Source: an uncultured delta proteobacterium (GTDB lineage Bacteria > Desulfobacterota > RBG-13-43-22). From it: 64,000 nucleotides of DNA. Of this stretch, positions 18,845-28,942 are shown piece after piece (position 1 is the stretch's first letter; every line of letters begins with the position of its first letter). The notes beneath the pieces were generated by a model. That model was given only the letters and a program-made list of their open reading frames with translations. It was not told the origin of the DNA and ran no database searches. The position numbers were made by a program, and so were the translations under genes. The stretch covers positions 160,001 through 224,000 of the forward strand of contig CAWBOS010000012.1 of assembly GCA_963790475.1 (NCBI GenBank). Direction: 5' to 3'.

Positions 18845-19614
18845 ACATTGAGGACGGAAGATATCGGGACCATGTATTTGGAAAAGTTTCCGGGTCCGGA
18901 GAGAAGTCGGGAGATGGCCCTTGCCGTTTCCGGGAAGGGGTGGCCTATGCCTACGGCACGGCCATATTTAATGGCCTCCTTTTCTAATATTTGAAGCTGG
19001 TTGATGATGTAAGCTTCACTTCGAAGATTATCCAAAAAAATATTTCGGAAGGTGGAGGGGATGTGCCGCCTGCTGGCCTCCTGATAGGCTATGGAATGGC
19101 TTGAAGTAAAGCTGTCCACGAAGAAAAGGGAGTTGCTCTCGATCACATTGAGTACTTGGTTCATTTCTTCCCGGCATTCGGTAAGCCGGGAACCCATGTG
19201 ATTGTTGACCCCCAGGGCGTAGGGGATACCGGCGATGTTTTCTCTTACCACTTCTACTATTTTCTCCGCCCCGTATCCGACATAAAGCGCACCAGGCCCG
19301 GGATCAATCTTGCTGTTATGGGGTTCCATGGGTTGATGGAGCATGATTTCATGCCCCCGGGCGTGAATTTCTTCGGCCAAGTCGAGAGATTTATCCAGCT
19401 TGGGGAGTATGGCGAAGGTAATCGGGACCTGCAGGTCCAGAAATCTTCTGGCCGGGGATCGGGAAAATCCAATATCATCGATTATTATGGCAATACGGGG
19501 GAGGGGTTTCTGTTCCCCATCGGAAAACCCAAAGGCCTTGGACAGGCCGTCGAGCCCCAACAGGCCGCTGAAAAGAAATGAAGCGCTGTTTAGCAGGAAG
19601 GTCCTTCTATTCAT
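18841..19614 (-). CDS. Divergent polysaccharide deacetylase family protein with Tat-like signal
   Basis: NRRTFL; IAIIIDDIG, MLHQPMEP, GVNNHMGS, FVDS, RNIFLDN, IGHP. Confidence 0.92.
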   Translation of the reverse strand: MNRRTFLLNSASFLFSGLLGLDGLSKAFGFSDGEQKPLPRIAIIIDDIGFSRSPARRFLDLQVPITFAILPKLDKSLDLAEEIHARGHEIMLHQPMEPHNSKIDPGPGALYVGYGAEKIVEVVRENIAGIPYALGVNNHMGSRLTECREEMNQVLNVIESNSLFFVDSFTSSHSIAYQEASRRHIPSTFRNIFLDNLRSEAYIINQLQILEKEAIKYGRAVGIGHPFPETARAISRLLSGPGNFSKYMVPISSVLNV

Positions 19615-19801
19615 GTCTCGAAAGTCGTGAAAAAAATCCCCTTTCTTCCAATATCAGTGACAGACTCAAATTGATTCCTCGAAATATTCCAGCATTGCCA
19701 GGGCGCTAATGTGCGGAGTCCTCCTGGTCTTCACGTTTAACGCATCCCCAAGGATTGATTGTAAAGTTTAGAAAGATGAATCCGGCTTCTAAGCTAAATT
19801 A

Positions 19802-19829
19802 CTTATACAAGTTATTGTATAAATGTCAA
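19802..19829 (-). promoter_or_regulatory. Sigma70-like promoter with overlapping palindromic operator
   Basis: Minus-strand TTGACA-16-TATAAG; perfect IR TTATACAA-GTTA-TTGTATAA at 19803-19822. Confidence 0.5.
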
Positions 19830-19920
19830 GAAAAAATACCAGATATTGTATAAATTAGAATAATTGGGGGTCAGGTCTATACTGTTGGACTTTGGTCCAG
19901 AGATTTGATATGTTGGGTTC

Positions 19921-20778
19921 ATGGCTCGTCCACTCCGTATAGAATATCCCGGGGCTGTTTATCATATTACCTCGCGTGGCAATGAGAAAAAGGTCGTCTT
20001 CAAAGACGAGCAGGACCGAGAACTGTTTCTCAAGATCCTGGCCCAGGTCAATAAACGCTACCACTGGTTCTGCCATGCCTATTGCCTGATGGACAACCAT
20101 TACCATCTTCTGATTGAAACCCCCGAGGGGAATCTTTCCCGGGGGATGAGACAATTAAACGGAGTTTATACTCAATCGTTTAATAAAAAACGTAATCGGA
20201 CCGGTCATCTTTTTCAAGGCAGGTATAAGGCCATTCTTATCCAAAAAGACAATCATCTTCTTGAAACCGGCCGATATGTGGTATTAAATCCGGTCGGAGC
20301 CCGACTGGTAGATCGGCCTGAGGACTGGAAATGGTCCAGCTACCGGGCAACAGTCGGAGAAGAAACGGCCCATCCCTGTCTGACAGGAGATTGGATACTC
20401 GGGCAATTCAGCAGGACAAGGGCCAAGGCAGAAAAAGAATACCGCCGGTTCGTCACCTGGGGGATTGGCAAAGGAACCATTTGGAAAGAGGTCAAGGGTC
20501 AGGCGATTTTCGGAGAAGATGATTTTGTCAACAGCCTCGCTGATTATCTGAAAAGACACAAAAAGGTTCCCGAGATTTCTAAGAGCCAACGGTATGCCGA
20601 CCGACCGGCTCTTGACCAAATATTCAGAGAGAGTTTTATCAAAGATAAACAAAAGCGGAATCAAAAGATTGCCGAGGCTATCCAAAAGTACGGATACACG
20701 CAACGGGTAATCGCCGATTATCTTGGATTTCATTTTACCTATGTGAGTAGAATTCTTCATAAGCAGGTGGAAAAGTAA
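19921..20778 (+). CDS. REP-associated tyrosine transposase (RAYT, Y1 HUH) with C-terminal HTH
   Basis: MARPLRIEYPGAVYHITSRGN, YCLMDNHYHLL (HUH), GHLFQGRY, YVVLNP, WKWSSY. Confidence 0.9.
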   Translation: MARPLRIEYPGAVYHITSRGNEKKVVFKDEQDRELFLKILAQVNKRYHWFCHAYCLMDNHYHLLIETPEGNLSRGMRQLNGVYTQSFNKKRNRTGHLFQGRYKAILIQKDNHLLETGRYVVLNPVGARLVDRPEDWKWSSYRATVGEETAHPCLTGDWILGQFSRTRAKAEKEYRRFVTWGIGKGTIWKEVKGQAIFGEDDFVNSLADYLKRHKKVPEISKSQRYADRPALDQIFRESFIKDKQKRNQKIAEAIQKYGYTQRVIADYLGFHFTYVSRILHKQVEK

Positions 20779-20783
20779 AGAGT

Positions 20784-20925
20784 GAGAGCTTTGAGAAATG
20801 TCCCCTTTTGCCCAATCTCTGCGTCAGACTCAAATTTTAATCCTCAAAATACTAATTGTATTCTTGTGGTTAAAATTTTCGTCTTCCTTGACCTTGAACA
20901 AAATTGAACATTTTTCAAATCTCTC
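20784..20925. mobile_element. MITE-like element
   Basis: GAGAGCTTTGAGAAATGT ... ACATTTTTCAAATCTCTC inverted ends. Confidence 0.55.
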
Positions 20926-20980
20926 AAGGTATCGGCCCGTCCCTGATATCATTGATCATTGATTTGAAAGGAGAAGAAAC

Positions 20981-22711
20981 TTGAGCGTCAGAACCTACCC
21001 GGAGTTCAGCACCAACTACAATTTGCTACTTAAAACCCTCATGAAGCGGCCTGTGGATATTTATCCTAATGAGATCGGGCTTGTTTACCGTAATCCTAAC
21101 ACCGGCGAATATTTTCGATTTACCTGGCAGCAATGGTATGAGAGGACCTGCCGACTGGCCAATGCTTTAAATGGACAGCTGGGTCTTAATCCCGGAAAAC
21201 CCCGTCAACCCGGGGACCGGATTGCGACCATGGCTTTGAATCATCACCGGCACATGGAGTTATATTATGCCGTGCCGGGCAGCGGGGCTGTGCTGCATCC
21301 CATCAATACCCGGCTCTCCCAGGATCATATCGTCCATACCATCAATCACTCCCAGGATAAGATCATTTTCGTGGATGATATTTCCTGGCCGTTGCTGGAA
21401 AGAATCTACGATCGGATCAAAGGTACGGTGGAAAAATTCGTTTACCTGTCCGATAAACCGGGACTTCCTCAGACAAAAATCGCACCGGTCTATGAATATG
21501 AAGCATTAATCAAAGAGCAACCCCCTGAATTCGAGTGGCCGATCCTCCATGAAGATACCTATGCCACGCTTTGTTATACGACCGGCACTACGGGCCTGCC
21601 CAAAGGGGCCATGTTTACCCATCGGCAGCTCTATTTACAGACCCTGCATGTTATTGCCTACAATCATTTCCTCAACGATCCCGCTCGCGTCAGCTTTGGA
21701 GAGGCCGAGGTTTGGATGGCGATAACGCCCTTGTACCACGTGCATGGCTGGGGCGCTCCCTTTCTCAATGTCTTTTCGGCCAACAAACTGGTCTTACCGG
21801 GTACCTTTACGGTGGAGGGATTCTGCGAACTGGTACAAACCGAAAAGGTGACCTCAACTTCTGTGGTGCCGACCGTCCTGGCCATGATCGTAGAATATAA
21901 AGACATTCACAAATACGATCTCAGCAGCCTGAAGAACCTGGGCGTCGGCGGTGGGGCCTTGTCTTTGGGATTGAAAAGGAAAGCCGAGAAGATCATCCCG
22001 GGATTCAAGGTCAGATCCGGGTATGGCATGACCGAAACCGCACCGGCCGCTATCCGGGCCTTTGTCAAGAAAACCATGGTCAACTGGCCCGATGAAAAAC
22101 TGGACGAGATCAGGGTAAAAACCGGATTGGCCGTCCCGGGGCTGGAGGTGAGGATTGTCGATGAAAAGGGGAGCCCGGTTCCCAGGGACAACGAGACTGT
22201 GGGTGAAATCGTCATCCGGGGACCGTGGATCATGGAGCAGTATTATAACGAATCGGAGAAAACAGCCGAAGTCTGGCGAGACGGCTGGTTCCATACCGGG
22301 GATGTGGCCAAGGTGGATGAAGAAGGGTACGCCACCATAGCGGACCGGATGTCCGATATGATTCGCAGCGGGGCGGAGATGGTCCCGACTGTTTTGCTGG
22401 AGAACCTTACGGCTATGGCGGATTTCGTTCTGGAGGCCACCTATGTGGGGGTCCCCGATGAAAAGTGGGGACAGAGGCCCCTGGCTATTGTGGCCCTGGT
22501 TCCGGGGGCCAAGGAAACAGAGAAAGACATCATTGACTTTTTGCAGATTGAGGGTGTGGAGAAAGGTAAGATCACCAAATGGATGCTTCCCGATTATATC
22601 CTTATCACCAAGGCCATTCCCAAGACCAGTGTGGGAAAGTTTGATAAGATCACGATAAAAAAACAATTGGACGATCTGTTACCCAGGGCCAAAAGGACTC
22701 GGGATTTATAG
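20981..22711 (+). CDS. Long-chain fatty-acid--CoA ligase (AMP-forming)
   Basis: YTTGTTGLPKG, GYGMTE, WFHTGD, KWGQRP, PKTSVGKFDK. Confidence 0.93.
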   Translation: MSVRTYPEFSTNYNLLLKTLMKRPVDIYPNEIGLVYRNPNTGEYFRFTWQQWYERTCRLANALNGQLGLNPGKPRQPGDRIATMALNHHRHMELYYAVPGSGAVLHPINTRLSQDHIVHTINHSQDKIIFVDDISWPLLERIYDRIKGTVEKFVYLSDKPGLPQTKIAPVYEYEALIKEQPPEFEWPILHEDTYATLCYTTGTTGLPKGAMFTHRQLYLQTLHVIAYNHFLNDPARVSFGEAEVWMAITPLYHVHGWGAPFLNVFSANKLVLPGTFTVEGFCELVQTEKVTSTSVVPTVLAMIVEYKDIHKYDLSSLKNLGVGGGALSLGLKRKAEKIIPGFKVRSGYGMTETAPAAIRAFVKKTMVNWPDEKLDEIRVKTGLAVPGLEVRIVDEKGSPVPRDNETVGEIVIRGPWIMEQYYNESEKTAEVWRDGWFHTGDVAKVDEEGYATIADRMSDMIRSGAEMVPTVLLENLTAMADFVLEATYVGVPDEKWGQRPLAIVALVPGAKETEKDIIDFLQIEGVEKGKITKWMLPDYILITKAIPKTSVGKFDKITIKKQLDDLLPRAKRTRDL

Positions 22712-22833
22712 ACGGCTGAAAACAGGAGTTACTAATGTATGACTTATCGGTGGATATCTAATAAGCTGGACACCCCAATAGGCTTCTTACCGATTCTCTC
22801 CATTAAGAAAGACTTACGAAAGGAGAAATCATA

Positions 22834-23337
22834 ATGAAGACGTTGGTGGCCTATTTCAGTCAGACCGGGAAAACCAAGTTAGTGGCCGAGGCAATTTACG
22901 AGGCCATACGGGGGGACAAAGAGATCAAGGAATTCGATCAGGTGGGCAGCCTGGACGGGTATGACCTGGTTTTTGTTGGCTTCCCTATCATTGCCTTCGG
23001 CCCGGCCAAACAGGGAAAGGATTTTCTTGAGAAATATGCTACTGGTAGAAGAGTGGCCTTGTTCATTACCCACGCCTCACCGGAGAAACAGGAGGGGCTT
23101 GACCAATGGCTGGACAAATGCCGGGAGGCGGCCGGCGGGGCCGATCTGATAGAGATGTTCGACTGTATGGGTGAACTGTCCGAGCAGGTCGCCGATTTCC
23201 TGGTGAAGAGCGCCGATCCTATGATGCGCTCCTTCGGGGAAAGGCGGGGGGAGACCTTGGGGCAGCCGGACGAAAGCCGCCTGCAGCGGGCCCGGGAATT
23301 CGCCGCAGAGATCGTGGGTAAGGCGGGTAAGCTTTAA
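22834..23337 (+). CDS. Flavodoxin-like protein
   Basis: VAYFSQTGKTKLVAEAI; YDLVFVGFP; ALFITH. Confidence 0.8.
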   Translation: MKTLVAYFSQTGKTKLVAEAIYEAIRGDKEIKEFDQVGSLDGYDLVFVGFPIIAFGPAKQGKDFLEKYATGRRVALFITHASPEKQEGLDQWLDKCREAAGGADLIEMFDCMGELSEQVADFLVKSADPMMRSFGERRGETLGQPDESRLQRAREFAAEIVGKAGKL

Positions 23338-24218
23338 TGAACTTCGAGGTTGCAAAAAAATTGAACAATCCTCATTTGTTGACCCAGAACATCGGGGATG
23401 CCACAATAAAGTATCTTCTCTATGACGGCCCGGGAAAAAGCCTTGTTCTGCTGCAGGCCACCGGATTTCCACCTGAGTTGTGGCATCCCATTGCCCAAGA
23501 CCTCTCCAGGTTTTATCGTGTCATCGTGCCTTTTTATTATGACCATCGGGAGGCGAAGTCATCAGATGAAGGGATCAGTTGGTTGATACTGGCCCAAGAC
23601 CTGAAGGCCTTTTGTGATAACCTTCAATTGGACAAACCGTTGGTCGTCGGCCATTCCATGGCCGGAACGGTGGCCGCCATTTCCGAAGCCGAATGCCAGT
23701 TGACCGCCGGGGGACTGATTTTTATCGAGCCCATATTCCTGATGGAAGAATTGTATCAAATACTTTTTACTACTCAGGACCATCCCCTGGCCTCGAAATC
23801 CCTGAAACGGATAAATCATTGGGAGGATGAAAGGGAACTCCGGCAATACCTGGAATCTAAAACCCTTTTCAAGGAATGGGCGGAGGGCATGCTGGAAAGG
23901 TATATCCGGTATGGATTTGAAAAAGACCCCCAGGGGGGGATACGACTGTTGTGCTCCCCTCACAAGGAGGCCGCTCTGTTAATGGGCGGCATGAAGAATA
24001 ATCCCTGGCCGATGTTTCCCCGAGTAACTTGTCCGGTCCTGATCCTGGAAGGGGAAACCAGTGAGAATCGCCTCTATACCAAACTGGAAAAGGCTTCATC
24101 CTTGATGCCCCGGGGTTCTTATGCCCTGGTTAAAAAGGCCGGGCACCTCATACCCATGGAAAGGCCGCAGGAGGTGACCCCGATCATCTTGAAATTTTTC
24201 AGGGAGGTTAATTATTGA
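23337..24218 (+). CDS. Alpha/beta hydrolase
   Basis: VGHSMAG nucleophile elbow, AGHLIPME. Confidence 0.88.
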   Translation: MNFEVAKKLNNPHLLTQNIGDATIKYLLYDGPGKSLVLLQATGFPPELWHPIAQDLSRFYRVIVPFYYDHREAKSSDEGISWLILAQDLKAFCDNLQLDKPLVVGHSMAGTVAAISEAECQLTAGGLIFIEPIFLMEELYQILFTTQDHPLASKSLKRINHWEDERELRQYLESKTLFKEWAEGMLERYIRYGFEKDPQGGIRLLCSPHKEAALLMGGMKNNPWPMFPRVTCPVLILEGETSENRLYTKLEKASSLMPRGSYALVKKAGHLIPMERPQEVTPIILKFFREVNY

Positions 24219-25630
24219 TGGATGTTCAGATGAAAAAATCCTTAGACGCTATTTTCAGACCGGCATCGGTGGCCGTTGTGGGGGCGAGTAATAATATCCA
24301 GTCCTGGGGGTTCGGGATTTTGAACAGTCTGATCGCCGGAAGATATCGCCAGACCATTTATCCGATTAATCCCAAGGAAAAAATAATTCAAGGGATTCCT
24401 GGTTATCCAAACCTCAGGGATGTACCGGGTGGGATTGATCTGGTGGTCATCGCCGTCAATGCCGCATCAATCAGCCAGATTATTGAGGAATGTATTGCTA
24501 AAAAGGTAAAGGGGGGGATCGTCATCACCGCCGGGTTTGCCGAGATCAGTTCAGAAGGCGCCAAGCTCCAAAAAAAAATTGCCGAAGAATCGAAAAGAGC
24601 CGGTTTCTATTTTCTGGGACCCAACTGCCTGGGGATCTGGAGCACCGAAGGGAACCTGAATACCTTTCCCAATTTAACCAGGCGCCCCCATCGGGGACCG
24701 ATTTCCTTCATATCCCAGAGTGGTACCCTCAGTCATTACCTCTACGAAGCATCACGAAATTATGGATTCGGGGTCAGTAAAGCCATCAGCTTCGGAAATC
24801 AGGCCTCCATTACTTTTGTGGATCTTCTTGAATACCTGGGAGATGATCCTACGACCCAAGTCATCATTTCCTATGTGGAAGATATCGGAGATGGAAATCG
24901 ATTTTTAAAAGTGGCCAAGTCGGTAACCCGGAAAAAGCCCCTGCTCATCTACAAGGCCGGTTCGTCGGAAGCGGCGGCCCGGGCGGCCCGTTCCCATACC
25001 GCGGCCCTGGCGGGGAACGACGAGATTTTTGATGCTGTATGCCGTCAAGCCGGTGTCATACGATGGTTAGATTTCATGGAAATGTTTTATATGGCCAACA
25101 GCCTTTGTTATCAACCGCTTCCGAAGGGTAATCGGGTGGCTATCGTGCACGGCGGTGGAGGATTTTGCGTAACGGCCACCGAGGCCTGTACCCGGTTAGG
25201 TCTGAGTGTTCCGGAAATGAGTTCCCAGGCGCAAGAGGAGCTGCGGGAACAGATGCTGCCCTTTTCTCCTCCCCCGGTTAATCCCATTGACTGTATCGGG
25301 AGAAAAAATGAGGAGGCCTACATCAGGATCATAGAAATCGCCGCCAAACAGGATAATATCGATGGGCTTATCGTCATGCCCCCCCGTGATAATTTTGACC
25401 GCTACACCAACTCATCGGAAATGATCGCCACCATTAAGTATGCCGAAGCCATCGCTACTATCCCCAAAAGATACAATAAGCCGATCGTCGTGGCCGGGAA
25501 TGAGGGAAGAGTGGGCGGGCCGGTTGATGAGATCCTCAAACGTTATCACATCCCCCTGTTTGAAAATCCTGTTGACTGCGCCAAGGCCCTGTTAGGGATA
25601 GTCAAATACAGGAAGGTGCAGGAACGCTAA
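24215..25630 (+). CDS. NDP-forming acyl-CoA synthetase alpha-type subunit (CoA-binding)
   Basis: SVAVVGAS, GPNCLG, ISQSG, ARSHTAALAG phospho-His, NPID. Confidence 0.9.
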   Translation: MMDVQMKKSLDAIFRPASVAVVGASNNIQSWGFGILNSLIAGRYRQTIYPINPKEKIIQGIPGYPNLRDVPGGIDLVVIAVNAASISQIIEECIAKKVKGGIVITAGFAEISSEGAKLQKKIAEESKRAGFYFLGPNCLGIWSTEGNLNTFPNLTRRPHRGPISFISQSGTLSHYLYEASRNYGFGVSKAISFGNQASITFVDLLEYLGDDPTTQVIISYVEDIGDGNRFLKVAKSVTRKKPLLIYKAGSSEAAARAARSHTAALAGNDEIFDAVCRQAGVIRWLDFMEMFYMANSLCYQPLPKGNRVAIVHGGGGFCVTATEACTRLGLSVPEMSSQAQEELREQMLPFSPPPVNPIDCIGRKNEEAYIRIIEIAAKQDNIDGLIVMPPRDNFDRYTNSSEMIATIKYAEAIATIPKRYNKPIVVAGNEGRVGGPVDEILKRYHIPLFENPVDCAKALLGIVKYRKVQER

Positions 25631-25725
25631 ATCAATATTGATAACCTCGTAAAAAGTCGTCACCTCTGGTGAAAACCGGGGTCCAGAATTTTTTAAATTC
25701 TTAACAATACTGGATTCCGGCTTTC

Positions 25726-25856
25726 GAGACCGTGTCGCAATTGAAATAAGTGTCATCCCAAAGGTGTGAGAGGAATCTTAACATGTTGAATTTATTAAGG
25801 CCAAGATTTCTCGCTTCGCTTCGAAATAACAAAAAAAGTAATTGCGACACAGTCCC
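25726..25856. mobile_element. 131-bp MITE inserted into a REP loop with 3-bp TTC duplication
   Basis: GAGACCGTGTCGCAAT / ATTGCGACACAGTCCC IRs; TTC at 25723-25 and 25857-59; removal restores CTGGATTCCGGCTTTCGCCGGAAT. Confidence 0.8.
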
Positions 25857-25904
25857 TTCGCCGGAATAACGAAAATGGGATTTCGTCGATTTTTTACGAA
25901 AGCC

Positions 25905-27104
25905 TTAATATTTAAACATCCCCTTTTCATAGATCACCAGTTTCTTTCCTGTTTTTAGATGCGCGGTGACGGTCTTTTTTTCCGTATTCACCAGGTCCCA
26001 GTGAAGGGCGGAATCGTTAAAACCCAGACTCTCTTTTAATCCTTTGGTCAACCGGGCCGGATTACCACTAAAGGTGTCGGTATAGGAGGCCCCGAGGGCC
26101 ACATGGCAGTTCCCTTGGTCCCCGCCGTAGTTTTCATCAAAAAGCGTATCGGCCATAAAGTGATCGATCCGTGAAAAACGCTTATCCGTCAGGGAAAATT
26201 CCCCAACCCGTGAAGCCCCTTTATCCATGGAGATCTGTTTTTCAATAAAGGCCTTCCCTTTGGCGGCTTCCACCTTTTTTACCGATCCTTTTTCGAAAAA
26301 AAGCCGCACTTTTTCTACATAATTTCCGCTGCGAAAAGAAGGCAGATTGGAATAATAGACCCCTTCCGTTCCCCGATAATCGGGGGAAAAAAATATCTCG
26401 AAGCTGGGAACATTATGACCGGATACGCCTTTCCATAATCTTCTCTCCCCCGGAGTGATTTTCAAATCCATATTCGGAGATTCGATGTGGAGATACTTCA
26501 CGGACAGACTATTGAGCCAATTTTTTATGGCCCTGGCATTCCGATGGATGTTTTCCCACTCCTTGACCGGATCCTCGTGGTCGAGATAACAGGCCGTCAC
26601 CAGCCGTTCGGTGTATTTTCTGATAGTCGTTTTGGCCTGTCGGGCCAGTTCCCGGGTGGGGAAGGAGCACAGGGTCCAGCTATAAAAACCTTTCTCTTCC
26701 CGTTTATCCATGATCTCGCGCAAGGGCTTTCTGGAAACCAGGACCTTCCCTATCCGAAGAGGATCGATGTCTTTCAAGTGGGTCAGTGATTCCGGAGCCC
26801 TCAGGAAAATCCTCCCATGAATATGCTTGAGCAATTCTTTTTCTCCAGGGGGGATAAAGAGGAGCTGGTCCGTTGTTGATCTTTTCAAAAAATCATGCTC
26901 CATGCCATAGGTCAACCCCATCCTTTGAATCGGGTTCATTCCCCGGTCGATGGTTTTGGCAAATACAATTTCGGCCAGTTTTAAAGCCGGAGGTTCATAC
27001 TGGATCAGAATAATGTCCTTCTTTTTAAAAGGTCCCTTCCGGGCCGTCTTTAATCCCCAGAAAAGCACATCGGCGTATTTGTTGAGTTGGTCATCGGTTA
27101 ACAT
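25905..27104 (-). CDS. Aminopeptidase (M29, AmpS/PepS/thermophilic metalloprotease family)
   Basis: NVPSFEIF, GEFSL, TLFDEN, HVALGASY, NDSALHWDLV. Confidence 0.9.
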   Translation of the reverse strand: MLTDDQLNKYADVLFWGLKTARKGPFKKKDIILIQYEPPALKLAEIVFAKTIDRGMNPIQRMGLTYGMEHDFLKRSTTDQLLFIPPGEKELLKHIHGRIFLRAPESLTHLKDIDPLRIGKVLVSRKPLREIMDKREEKGFYSWTLCSFPTRELARQAKTTIRKYTERLVTACYLDHEDPVKEWENIHRNARAIKNWLNSLSVKYLHIESPNMDLKITPGERRLWKGVSGHNVPSFEIFFSPDYRGTEGVYYSNLPSFRSGNYVEKVRLFFEKGSVKKVEAAKGKAFIEKQISMDKGASRVGEFSLTDKRFSRIDHFMADTLFDENYGGDQGNCHVALGASYTDTFSGNPARLTKGLKESLGFNDSALHWDLVNTEKKTVTAHLKTGKKLVIYEKGMFKY

Positions 27105-27437
27105 TGTTCTCTCCCTTAAGATTCTCAATAAATCAGTCGGGGAGATTATACTCTAAATGAATTTCAAGACAAACAGGAAAAAGGAAGATAGAACTTTTTT
27201 GCAATGTGGAAGTATGAAATGAGTAGCATTAGGCCACAACACCCGGCAAATAGGAGAATGCTCTTCTGCGATTTCCAAAGCTATGTGTAACATACGGTGA
27301 ATGAGTGATGATGGCCCTTGTTTCTTACAACACCGTCTATGGACTTTAACAAAACCTGAAGAAATCTTTTCCACTTGACAGCATTCTTTTAATGGGTGAC
27401 CCTAAACAAAAACTTAACAACCAAGGAGCCCTGAAGC

Positions 27438-28232
27438 ATGAACTATGAAAATCTGATTGTAGAAAGATCCGGACGGATCGCCGAAGTCAAATTCAACCGA
27501 CCGGATCGTTTGAATGCCTTGAGCATCGACTTGATGCGGGACATTGAGATGGTCACCGAAGAGTTCCGGGAGGACGTCGAGACGCGCGTGGTGATTTTCA
27601 CCGGACAAGGCCAGCATTTCAGTGCCGGTGCTGATTTGAGGGACCCCAAACGGGCAGCGGCTGCCAATGCTTCTCTGTTGGGTAAACAGCGGCAGTTCCA
27701 TCTGGGCCCAAGGATGATCCAAAAACTCTATGACATGAACCAGATCACCATAGCGGCCATTAACGGGGGGGCACTGGGCGGCGGGGCTTGCATCGTCTCG
27801 GCCCTGGATTTCCGTATCGGTGCCGAGGATTGTTTCTGTGCCTATCCCGAAAGCGCCCTGGGTATCCCCTTGAGCTGGGTCAGCCTGCCTTTATGCGTGC
27901 ATCTGGTCGGACCGGCCCGGGCGAAACGCTTTGTGATCCTGGCCCAGAGAGAAAAGGCCGCCACCCTGCGGGATTGGGGCTTTTTAGATGAAGTGGTCCC
28001 GCTGAACCGGCTAATGGATCGGGCTCGGGCCATGGCGGCCGAGTATGCCTCTATGCCTCCAGTGGTCGCTCAGATGATTAAAAGAAGTGTGAATGCCATC
28101 TCTTCCGCCCTCGACCGGGCCGTCATGCACATGGATTCCGATCAGGTCCTGCTGGCTTCCCTGACCGAGGATTACCGGGAAGGGGTGAGGGCCTTTTTTG
28201 AGAAACGCACCCCTGACTTTACGGGCCGTTAA
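27438..28232 (+). CDS. Enoyl-CoA hydratase/isomerase family protein
   Basis: NRPDRLNAL, FSAGADL, IAAINGGALGGG, YPE. Confidence 0.92.
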   Translation: MNYENLIVERSGRIAEVKFNRPDRLNALSIDLMRDIEMVTEEFREDVETRVVIFTGQGQHFSAGADLRDPKRAAAANASLLGKQRQFHLGPRMIQKLYDMNQITIAAINGGALGGGACIVSALDFRIGAEDCFCAYPESALGIPLSWVSLPLCVHLVGPARAKRFVILAQREKAATLRDWGFLDEVVPLNRLMDRARAMAAEYASMPPVVAQMIKRSVNAISSALDRAVMHMDSDQVLLASLTEDYREGVRAFFEKRTPDFTGR

Positions 28233-28330
28233 CGGTCTGGTTTGCCCTCGAGAATATTCAGATGTCTTCCCTAAAATGAAATCCTCTCCAGGAATCAAAC
28301 GATGAGAATTGTTGAAAAAGAAAATCGACC

Positions 28331-28825
28331 ATGAGGGATCTTAATCCGAAACATGTGGAAGCGGTCCTTGAACTTATCAATCAGGGCCCATTTTTCAGAC
28401 TGCTCTCTATACAAATCAAAGACCTGGGCCCAGGTTATTCGCTGGTCGAGATGGAAGTGGGCCATCAGCATCTTAACCCCTTTGGAGGGCTTCACGGCGG
28501 GGCTTATGCTTCAGCGATCGATACAGCGGCTTATTGGTCGATTTATTGTGAATTGGATGAAGAAGCTGGTTTGACCTCACTCGATCTCAAGGTCGATTTT
28601 TTGGTACCGGCCAGTATCGGGAAAATGATTGTCCAGGGACGGCGCATCAAAATGGGCAGGACCATCTGCCTGGCAGAGGCGACGGCCTTTGATCCACAGG
28701 AGAAATGGCTGGCCCACGGCGTTTCCAAAATGATGGTCCTTCAAGGCCCTCAAACCATAAATGATGCGACTAATTTCTTAGGAACGGCATCGCTCCCGCC
28801 CAAATTCCATTCCTCCATTGCTTAG
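28331..28825 (+). CDS. PaaI-family thioesterase (hotdog fold)
   Basis: HLNPFGGLHGGAYASAIDTA. Confidence 0.92.
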   Translation: MRDLNPKHVEAVLELINQGPFFRLLSIQIKDLGPGYSLVEMEVGHQHLNPFGGLHGGAYASAIDTAAYWSIYCELDEEAGLTSLDLKVDFLVPASIGKMIVQGRRIKMGRTICLAEATAFDPQEKWLAHGVSKMMVLQGPQTINDATNFLGTASLPPKFHSSIA

Positions 28826-28942
28826 ATCCGGCTGCTGGACCGATCAAGAATTCAGACGGTTTGTCTGATCTATTGTTAATCCCAGGGACGACAGGGAGGA
28901 TGTTCGGGCTGTTGATCCTATAAATTACTTTGCCCGGGACTC

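Noticed and set aside
19620-19790. Possible riboswitch in the long leader of the polysaccharide deacetylase gene
   Set aside because: A hairpin is possible but no known aptamer consensus was recognised; needs an Rfam search
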